Origin: Staphylothermus marinus F1
Lineage (GTDB): Archaea > Thermoproteota > Thermoprotei_A > Sulfolobales > Desulfurococcaceae
Direction: 5' to 3'
DNA length: 32,000 nt
NCBI RefSeq assembly: GCF_000015945.1
Contig: NC_009033.1
Coordinates: 840,001-872,000 of the forward strand
Shown: positions 25,317 through 32,000 of the stretch, one piece after another
Layout of the letters: each line of letters opens with the position of its first letter
Position numbering within the stretch: position 1 is the stretch's first letter
Translations under genes and position numbers: made by a program
Notes under the pieces: model-generated
Told to the model about the DNA's origin: nothing
What the model saw: only the letters and a program-made list of their open reading frames with translations
The model's database searches: none

Positions 25317-26387
25317 GTGATGGCCAAAAAAGAAGCTTATTGGTATTGTCCGAAATGCGGCTTCAAAGAATCTATTTGGAACAATTACTATTGGAAATGT
25401 CCTAAGTGTGGTTCACCTATCGAGATAATATATGATAAAACATTTGAACCTCGAGGAAACGGATTACATAGATATAGTTCATTATTTCCTTTTAAACCCG
25501 TTAAAACGGTTGGTGAGGGAGGAACACCCCTAGTTGTAGATGAGGAGAACAATGCTAAGTTATTATTTAAGCTGGAATACCTTAATCCCTCAGGGAGCTT
25601 CAAGGATCGAGGAACAGCGCTTGCTATCGGATATGGTTATCTTTTAGGATATAAATCTGTAGTGGAGGATACAAGTGGAAATACAGGTATATCTGTTACT
25701 TTATACTCTAGAGTATATGGATTAAAACCTTTGATCATAATGCCTAAAAATGCTCCTCTAGGGAAAAAGAAGCTAGTCAAATTATTGGGTGGTGAAATAA
25801 TTGAGGCTAAAAATAGAGGTGAAGCTTCTAAAATTGTTTCAAACTATGTTAAGTCCTCATATTATGTAGCTCATATATGGAGCTACTTCTACATAATTGG
25901 TGCTTCAACTATTTCTTATGAAGTATATGAGGAATATGGTGTACCCGATTATATGATTGTACCAGTGGGTTCGGGTGGATTATTCCTAGGATTAATGAAT
26001 GGTTTTGAGTATCTATATACTCAGGGATTAATAAGACATGTTCCGAAACCAGTTGTTGTTCAGGGATATAGTGTTCAGCCAGTATACGAGAAACTATATG
26101 GTGAAAAAATCGCTGGTGAAGAATCGGATCTAGCTGATGGTATAATGGTTCCTGAACCTCCCCGTATCAATGAGATATTAGAGTATATTGGAAAATATAA
26201 TGGCAAAATAGTTCTTGTAGGAAATAGTGAAATTAAACAAGCCCTTCAAGAACTATTAGATAAAGGATTCATTGTTGAACCAACCTCAGCCACAGTATAT
26301 GCTGCATATAAGAAGATGATAGATGAATTTAGAGGTAAAGAAGTATTATTACCACTAACAGGTTCAGGATTAAAAATGGTTAGCTAA
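25317..26387 (+). CDS. thrC: Threonine synthase-like PLP-dependent enzyme with N-terminal zinc ribbon
   Basis: 356 aa with CPKCG...CPKCG at the N-terminus, the PLP-lysine motif NPSGSFKDRG and a glycine loop VGSGG. It is short for ThrC, so the exact reaction is uncertain. The start is GTG 25317 or ATG 25320. Confidence 0.7.
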   Translation: MMAKKEAYWYCPKCGFKESIWNNYYWKCPKCGSPIEIIYDKTFEPRGNGLHRYSSLFPFKPVKTVGEGGTPLVVDEENNAKLLFKLEYLNPSGSFKDRGTALAIGYGYLLGYKSVVEDTSGNTGISVTLYSRVYGLKPLIIMPKNAPLGKKKLVKLLGGEIIEAKNRGEASKIVSNYVKSSYYVAHIWSYFYIIGASTISYEVYEEYGVPDYMIVPVGSGGLFLGLMNGFEYLYTQGLIRHVPKPVVVQGYSVQPVYEKLYGEKIAGEESDLADGIMVPEPPRINEILEYIGKYNGKIVLVGNSEIKQALQELLDKGFIVEPTSATVYAAYKKMIDEFRGKEVLLPLTGSGLKMVS

Positions 26388-26395
26388 TACTTTTC

Positions 26396-26696
26396 GCCCA
26401 CGGGCCACGGCCCCGTGCCTACCCCTACAGCCAATCCGCCAGAGCCCTTCCATACCAAGCCTCTGCCCCGGTGACCCATGAACGTCGACGGCCGAGGTTA
26501 GGTTGCTCCCTTCCGGGCCTAGCCAGGTTCCCCCGGCTAAGGCGGTTAACCCCCTCTCTCCAGAGGGGGCTCCGCCACCGCCGACCCCATGGGGCGGGGA
26601 TCATTGGTTGGTATGGGGGTTGGCGGCGGCTTGTAGGGGTAGGCACGGTTCATCTGGCCCCGGATTTATCCGGGGCCCTACCCGTGGCCCGTGGGC
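26396..26696 (-). ncRNA. Signal recognition particle RNA (archaeal 7S/SRP RNA)
   Basis: 301-nt strongly GC-rich block in an AT-rich context. A perfect 15-bp terminal helix pairs 26396-26410 with 26682-26696. The minus strand carries the helix-8 signature AGGCCCGGAAGGGAGCAAC (comp. 26501-26519), plus further hairpins such as GGCCCCGGATAAATCCGGGGCC. The three ORFs in this block are artefacts. Confidence 0.85.
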
Positions 26697-26720
26697 AAAT
26701 ATATGTATTCTATAAAGGAG

Positions 26721-26731
26721 TTTATATATAA
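26721..26731 (-). promoter_or_regulatory. TATA box for the SRP RNA
   Basis: On the minus strand, TTATATATAAA lies 25-35 nt upstream of the predicted 5' end at 26696. Confidence 0.4.
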
Positions 26732-26747
26732 TTAGAGCTATTGATTA

Positions 26748-27812
26748 TCATGGGCCTGCTACTGCGAGGACAAGTATTAGTAGGCTTAAGAAATTAATCA
26801 TATGCCCGATCCTGCTTCCCAACAACTCATATGCTATTCTTCCACCATCACTTATGAATAGTGGAGCAGCATTAACTAGGGCTAAGCCAACATTAACAAT
26901 CATTCCCCAATACAATAATTTAGTTAATACTATGGAAAACCATGCTCCAAACAATTTTACCAACACAATATTTGGCCCTACCCATAGATATACTCCTAAC
27001 AATGAAGTATTGGCGGGCTTATAAATAGTAATATTTTCCATGGCTCCACTAGGATTAATTATTGTTAACACTAAATACGTATTGTTATTTATCTCTAAAT
27101 AATGCCGCAGAACATCTCTAGTAGCCGGGGTCCCATTAATAGATAAAAGTATGGAGCCCGGCTTCAAACCATACTTATCCGCTAAGCTCCCAGGCAATAC
27201 CTGTTCTATAACCAGAGTTGTCGGAGATACTGCTAAAATAAATAAATACATGAACAACAAACCAAGTATAAAATTAGATGCTGGACCCGCAGCTAGTGTT
27301 GCTATTCTAGCCTTACGCGGAGATTTCGCAGCATCTTCTTCATCTATTTCCGTGAAAGCTAATGGTATAAACAACACTATTGCAAAACCCAGCGATTTAA
27401 CACGTATATTATAAGATCTAGCCGTATATGCATGTGCAAACTCATGTATAATAGCAGCAATAATAATCATTAATATAAAATAGAATAAGTGATCACCAAC
27501 AATATTTACACCAGGAATTAAAAGCATTGGTCGTGCAACATTACTCACCAATCCTGCCCTAGCCATTAAACCAAGAATCATGGAATAATAGAAAAATATG
27601 AGCGCTAATATGAACAATAATATCGATACATAAGAGATTTTCCTAACAATACTTGATTGTCTAATCTTTTTGCTCCTCTTATATACAAGTACTAACCCAT
27701 AATATAGTTTAAATCCTCTACGCTCAAACGATTCTCTAAAATGAACATATAATATATTAAGCAATGCCCAAGAAGATATCATTACCGAGAATACCATGAG
27801 CAACACATTCAA
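26748..27812 (-). CDS. Site-2 protease family membrane metalloprotease (M50, RseP-like) with PDZ domain
   Basis: 354 aa with HEFAHAYTARS (HExxH) in a TM segment, a PDZ-like GSLADKYGLKPGSILLSINGTP, and a second motif LALVNAAPLFISDGG. Confidence 0.85.
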   Translation of the reverse strand: MNVLLMVFSVMISSWALLNILYVHFRESFERRGFKLYYGLVLVYKRSKKIRQSSIVRKISYVSILLFILALIFFYYSMILGLMARAGLVSNVARPMLLIPGVNIVGDHLFYFILMIIIAAIIHEFAHAYTARSYNIRVKSLGFAIVLFIPLAFTEIDEEDAAKSPRKARIATLAAGPASNFILGLLFMYLFILAVSPTTLVIEQVLPGSLADKYGLKPGSILLSINGTPATRDVLRHYLEINNNTYLVLTIINPSGAMENITIYKPANTSLLGVYLWVGPNIVLVKLFGAWFSIVLTKLLYWGMIVNVGLALVNAAPLFISDGGRIAYELLGSRIGHMINFLSLLILVLAVAGP

Positions 27813-27916
27813 TAACCACTACACCCTCACATATCCTTAGATATAACTAGTGCATCTCTGTGTATAACCGTAATATGATATATAGCTATTAAAGAATATC
27901 TATATGGGAAAAATGC

Positions 27917-28636
27917 ATGGTTAGAGAAAAAATATTGAGAAAACCAGAGTATAGAGAAATAGTTTATAGTGAAAAACAATGGAAAATCCTTAGAGAGTTG
28001 AGAAAAGAAGCAATTAATATTCTCGAAACACTCGCTAAAAGAGGGATCCAGGGATTAGTTCACGGCAGTATTGCTAGAGGGGATGTATGGGAAGGTAGCG
28101 ACATAGATGTTTTCATACCCTACACTGTTCCCAGTTATATTATTGAATATACTCTGGAATCTGCTGGTTATAGAATATATGCTAGATACATAGTAATAGC
28201 AACTCCTTCAAGTACACCTAAAGCATACATAGTTCTAGACGAATATGAAAGAAAAAATATTAGTTTTCCATTGGCAAAGCTTAAGCCCCGCGAATACGAA
28301 TTCTATAAGTTTGGCGGAATACTTGACCTTAAAGGATTAAAGGAAAATAGAAGAGTGCCTGGTGTTGATAAGAGACTAGTATTGATAGAGCCGACAAAGA
28401 ATGGCCACAGAGAATCGCCGGTTATGGGTTATGAAAACATCGTTGCTGAAAAACTTGGAATAAGCATAGATACTGTTCTCGAAAGAGTAAGAGTTCTTAG
28501 TAGAAGAGATAAAATAGGTCGCACAGGAGTATTTGTTAAATACGAGTTAAGCCCCGAAGAAGTATTTGAAGAAGCACTAGAAAAGATTATGCGTAGAAAC
28601 CCCTTAGTAAGAAGAGCTCTTAAGGATCGTTTTTAA
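27917..28636 (+). CDS. Pol-beta superfamily nucleotidyltransferase-domain protein with a C-terminal extension
   Basis: 239 aa with the GS-x(n)-DxD motif LVHGSIARGDVWEGSDIDVFI. The roughly 130 C-terminal residues are uncharacterised. Confidence 0.65.
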   Translation: MVREKILRKPEYREIVYSEKQWKILRELRKEAINILETLAKRGIQGLVHGSIARGDVWEGSDIDVFIPYTVPSYIIEYTLESAGYRIYARYIVIATPSSTPKAYIVLDEYERKNISFPLAKLKPREYEFYKFGGILDLKGLKENRRVPGVDKRLVLIEPTKNGHRESPVMGYENIVAEKLGISIDTVLERVRVLSRRDKIGRTGVFVKYELSPEEVFEEALEKIMRRNPLVRRALKDRF

Positions 28637-29703
28637 TTATTTAAAGGTTTCTTCAATGGATAACGAAGAAGAGCAACTATACCTCCTAAACCTTCAACTT
28701 CCAAACCAACATCACTATTATGGGGAACAATTATTATTTCCGCTCTCCTCTTATATGCCTCGTTTAAAATACTAGACACTCTTCTCCTAACCTCTTCATC
28801 ATATATTCTCAAGAGCTCTTCTGAAACCAATAGCTTATCCACAGCATTATATTTAACAGCATACTCTACATCATCGATTCCATACGCAACCATATCTGGG
28901 TTCTTCGATAAATTTTTATGGAATTCATCCAGAATTCTCTGAGCCTTAATAATATTTGTTTCCTTAACTGCCTCGCGAACACTATCCCTTCTCAATAATT
29001 CTCTAATCCCGCTCTGACCCCCTATAGATACTGTATCCGTGATTATATTGACTGGTTTCTTCTCCTTAATTATTCTAGCAACTCTTTTCTGAAGATCTCC
29101 TGGACTAGCAATTACAACTATATCTACTTGAAACTTGTTTATGTAATCGAGTATTTTCTCCGCTATACTTGACAAATATTTTTCTAATCCTTTCTGAAAT
29201 AATACGGGTTCTCTCTTACCTGGAATATTAGATGTGAATTCTTCTAATAACCGTATCCCTTGCTCTGTCAACAAAGCTATAGCTGCTTCATCATAATCGA
29301 AAGTTGCTAAAAGTACTTTTTGTTTTCTACTGGTAAATCTAGATATTATCTCTAATTCATTCTCACTCCATTTCTCTTTCCATATTATCAAGGGTTTACC
29401 GGGTTCAATGTTTAATGTGTGATAATGCCCTTTTACACCGTATCTTTCAGGTCCTTCAACAACTATACCTCTTATTCTTAATCTTTCTGTGAAAGGCTGA
29501 AACTCTAATGTTTTCACTTCAATCGTTAACGTCATAGGTATTCTTCGACTACTACTTGTTTCTCCATGTTTAATGTCTCTAGAAGTTGTAGCTGTAACCC
29601 TATCTAATGGCTTAATAATATTATATAAAGCCCATAGATCATCTTGATCTTCCGGCAATATTTTTAAATATCCCTTCCTCAAATCTTTCTCAAGTATCTT
29701 CAT
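28633..29703 (-). CDS. pelA: Pelota (aPelota/Dom34, mRNA surveillance/ribosome rescue)
   Basis: 356 aa: MKILEKDLRKGYLKILPEDQDDLWALYNII... with eRF1-like central and C-terminal domains. Confidence 0.92.
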   Translation of the reverse strand: MKILEKDLRKGYLKILPEDQDDLWALYNIIKPLDRVTATTSRDIKHGETSSSRRIPMTLTIEVKTLEFQPFTERLRIRGIVVEGPERYGVKGHYHTLNIEPGKPLIIWKEKWSENELEIISRFTSRKQKVLLATFDYDEAAIALLTEQGIRLLEEFTSNIPGKREPVLFQKGLEKYLSSIAEKILDYINKFQVDIVVIASPGDLQKRVARIIKEKKPVNIITDTVSIGGQSGIRELLRRDSVREAVKETNIIKAQRILDEFHKNLSKNPDMVAYGIDDVEYAVKYNAVDKLLVSEELLRIYDEEVRRRVSSILNEAYKRRAEIIIVPHNSDVGLEVEGLGGIVALLRYPLKKPLNN

Positions 29704-29779
29704 ACTATATCATCTGATCACTTTTCTATCATTATAATTTATCTAATCTAAAAACCTACTTATATAGTGGGGTAGAGTT

Positions 29780-32000
29780 TTGAGTGAGAAAATAAACTTG
29801 GAATTCTACTTTCTCGATAATAGCTATGAAGTTATTGGTAATGAACCACACATAATAATATGGGGTATAACAAGGGATGGTAGAAGAGTATTATTGAGAG
29901 ATCGAAGATTTCGCCCATACTTCTATGCTATCTTAAAAGACAAAGTTAACATTGAGGATTTAGCTAGAAAAATAAGAACATATTCTGATCCAAAATCCCC
30001 AATCATAGGTGTAGAACCTGTCGAAAAGAAGTATTTTGGAAGAAAAGTTAGTGCATTAAAAATAATAACGATGATACCGGAATATGTGAGAAAATACAGG
30101 GAGAAAATCAAGTCTTTGCCTGAAGTATTAGAAGTTGTTGAGGCAGATATACGTTTTAGTATTAGATACATCATCGATCACGATCTTAGGCCTTGTGGCT
30201 GGCATGTAGCAGAAGTGGTGGAAGTACCGAAAAAACCGATATACAGGGTTGATGCAGAATATGAAATAATAGGTGATATAAAGCCTTTAGAGCAAACTCT
30301 CCAACCAGATTTAAGAATTATAGCGTTTGATATAGAAGTATATAATAAGTCAGGAACACCTAGACCCCAAACAGATCCTATAATAATTATTGGTATTATG
30401 AACAATAATGGTGATATAAAACAGTTCCTAGCAAATAAATACGATGATAAAATTAGTGTTGAAGAGTTCGTGAACTATGTGAAAACATTTGATCCAGACA
30501 TTATAGTCGGATATAATACTGACGGATTTGATTGGCCATACCTTATTGAACGATCAAAATATATCGGTGTAAAACTAGATGTAACTAGAAGAGTAGGCGC
30601 AACACCTAGAACAAGCACTTACGGACACATCTCTGTGCCTGGAAGACTAAATACAGACCTATATCATTTCGCCGAGGAAATACCGGAAGTTAAAGTTAAA
30701 TCTCTCGAGAATGTCGCGGAATACTTGGGAGTTATGAAGAAATCTGAGAGGGTAATTATTGAATACATAGATATCCCCAAGTACTGGGATGATGAAAAAC
30801 TTAGACCAAAGCTTCTGCAATACAATATAGATGATGTTAAGTCAACATATGGTTTAGCAGAAAAATTCCTACCATTCGCTATGCAGTTATCAAACATTAC
30901 AGGATTACCCCTAGATCAAGTTGGAGCTGCCAGCGTCGGTTTTAGGCTAGAATGGTATCTTATGCGTGAAGCATTCAGGTATGGAGAACTAGTACCTAAC
31001 AGGGTTGAAAGAGCGGCTGAAAGTTATCGTGGCGCAGTTGTGCTTAAACCTGTTAAAGGAGTTCATGAAAACATAGCTGTGCTAGACTTTTCAAGCATGT
31101 ATCCAAACATTATGATCAAATACAATGTTGGTCCAGACACTATTGTTCGCAACGAGAAATGTAATCCAGATAAACATAATATAGCGCCGGAAGTAGGACA
31201 TTGCTTCAGAAAAGAACCTCCTGGATTCTTTAAGAGAGTTCTTGAAACACTTCTAAGATTAAGAAAACAGATCAAGTCTGAAATGAAAAAATATCCTCCC
31301 ACAAGCTATGAGTATAGATTACTCGATGAAAGACAGAAAGCAGTAAAAGTACTAGCTAATGCAACATATGGTTATATGGGATGGATTCATGCTAGATGGT
31401 ATTGCCGAGAATGCGCAGAAGCTGTTACAGCATGGGGTAGACAAACAATAAAGTCAGCAATAGAACTTGCTAGAAAACTAGGTTTAAAAGTAATATACGG
31501 AGATACAGACTCCCTATTTGTAACATACGATAAAGATAAAGTTGAAAAACTCATAGAGCTTATTCAAACAAAGCTTGGATTCGAAATCAAAATTGACAAG
31601 ATCTATAAAAGAGTCTTCTTTACAGAAGCAAAGAAAAGATATGCAGGGCTTCTAGAGGATGGCAGAATAGATATAGTTGGCTTCGAAGCCGTTAGGGGTG
31701 ATTGGGCGGAAATAGCCAAAGAGGTCCAGGAAAAAGTAACAGAGATCCTTTTGAAGGAGAACAGTATTGATAAAGCTATAGAGTACGTGAGACAAGTAAT
31801 TGCTGATCTAAAAGCTGGAAAGATACCATTGGATAAATTAATAATATGGAAAACATTATCGAAGAGAATAGAAGAATACAGTGTGGATGCACCACACGTT
31901 GTGGCCGCGAAAAAACTCATTAAAGCAGGTATTAAGGTCAGTACAAATGATAAGATAGGATATGTAATCCTTAAAGGCGGAGGCAAAATATCTAGTAGGG
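29780..32000 (+). CDS. Family B DNA polymerase, PolB3-like (Pfu/Pol II-type), 5' part; the 3' end lies beyond the window
   Basis: Frame is open from TTG 29780 (in-frame TAG at 29765-29767 upstream) to the window end. It is not in the ORF track because there is no stop in the window. Translation gives RFRPYFYAIL. Exonuclease motifs: IAFDIEV, YNTDGFDWPYL, YNIDDVKSTY. Polymerase motifs: LDFSSMYPNIM, KVLANATYGY, IYGDTDSLF. It is collinear with Pyrococcus-type PolB. Confidence 0.9.
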   Translation, partial: MSEKINLEFYFLDNSYEVIGNEPHIIIWGITRDGRRVLLRDRRFRPYFYAILKDKVNIEDLARKIRTYSDPKSPIIGVEPVEKKYFGRKVSALKIITMIPEYVRKYREKIKSLPEVLEVVEADIRFSIRYIIDHDLRPCGWHVAEVVEVPKKPIYRVDAEYEIIGDIKPLEQTLQPDLRIIAFDIEVYNKSGTPRPQTDPIIIIGIMNNNGDIKQFLANKYDDKISVEEFVNYVKTFDPDIIVGYNTDGFDWPYLIERSKYIGVKLDVTRRVGATPRTSTYGHISVPGRLNTDLYHFAEEIPEVKVKSLENVAEYLGVMKKSERVIIEYIDIPKYWDDEKLRPKLLQYNIDDVKSTYGLAEKFLPFAMQLSNITGLPLDQVGAASVGFRLEWYLMREAFRYGELVPNRVERAAESYRGAVVLKPVKGVHENIAVLDFSSMYPNIMIKYNVGPDTIVRNEKCNPDKHNIAPEVGHCFRKEPPGFFKRVLETLLRLRKQIKSEMKKYPPTSYEYRLLDERQKAVKVLANATYGYMGWIHARWYCRECAEAVTAWGRQTIKSAIELARKLGLKVIYGDTDSLFVTYDKDKVEKLIELIQTKLGFEIKIDKIYKRVFFTEAKKRYAGLLEDGRIDIVGFEAVRGDWAEIAKEVQEKVTEILLKENSIDKAIEYVRQVIADLKAGKIPLDKLIIWKTLSKRIEEYSVDAPHVVAAKKLIKAGIKVSTNDKIGYVILKGGGKISSR

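Noticed and set aside
26425-26731. Three overlapping ORFs (73, 86 and 70 aa) rich in Arg/Pro/Gly
   Set aside because: They lie entirely within the GC-rich SRP RNA. Their openness results from GC content, not coding.
29923-31986. Five minus-strand ORFs of 75-127 aa
   Set aside because: All are antisense to the continuous PolB3-like reading frame, which carries unmistakable polymerase motifs.
1-32000. CRISPR arrays, IS elements/transposases, defence-island genes
   Set aside because: The window shows no regularly spaced repeats, no transposase, integrase or Cas-like ORFs, and no long terminal inverted repeats. It is conserved informational core plus a glycosylation cluster.

Overview
This is an AT-rich archaeal chromosomal core region. 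By inference it comes from a hyperthermophilic crenarchaeon of the Desulfurococcales/Staphylothermus type: structural RNAs are conspicuously GC-rich in an AT-rich background, tRNAs carry introns, both PolB1 and PolB3 are present, and so are an aKMT-like methyltransferase and eL38/eS26.

Gene content in order:
- 1-8412 (+ strand) is the well-known archaeal RNase P/proteasome/exosome 'superoperon'. It runs Rpp30, Pop5, tRNA-Leu(UAA, intron), PsmA, SBDS, Rrp4-Rrp41-Rrp42, L37Ae, Brix, Pcc1, prefoldin beta, a small conserved protein and a DHH phosphoesterase. Several stop/start codons overlap.
- Next come aEF-2, a small wHTH protein, tRNA-Asn(GUU, intron), a sequon-rich surface protein, eL38, aCPSF2 (beta-CASP), NAC, PolB1 (Dpo1-like) and eS26.
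- These are followed by two uncharacterised small genes, an aKMT-like methyltransferase, TrmI, an ASCH protein, an RHH protein and a tRNA-binding-domain protein.
- A glycosylation-type cluster follows: two GT-C-like polytopic membrane proteins plus an Agl24/MurG-like transferase, with tRNA-Ser(GCU) embedded.
- The window ends with a ThrC-like enzyme, a 301-nt SRP (7S) RNA on the minus strand, an M50 site-2 protease, a Pol-beta-type nucleotidyltransferase, Pelota, and a second family-B polymerase (PolB3-like). The PolB3-like gene runs off the window end and is absent from the ORF track.

I found no CRISPR array, transposase, integrase or recognisable defence island, and I do not see a convincing novel multi-gene system. 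The signals most worth following up are:
- three C/D-box sRNA candidates in spacers next to tRNA genes;
- an in-frame hydrophobic N-terminal extension on Pop5;
- an orphan 164-aa gene overlapping rps26e;
- a thioredoxin-fold protein with HPYH in place of CPYC;
- a tRNA-binding-domain protein with an unknown N-domain, followed by an RHH gene;
- a membrane-protein CDS that reads into tRNA-Ser.
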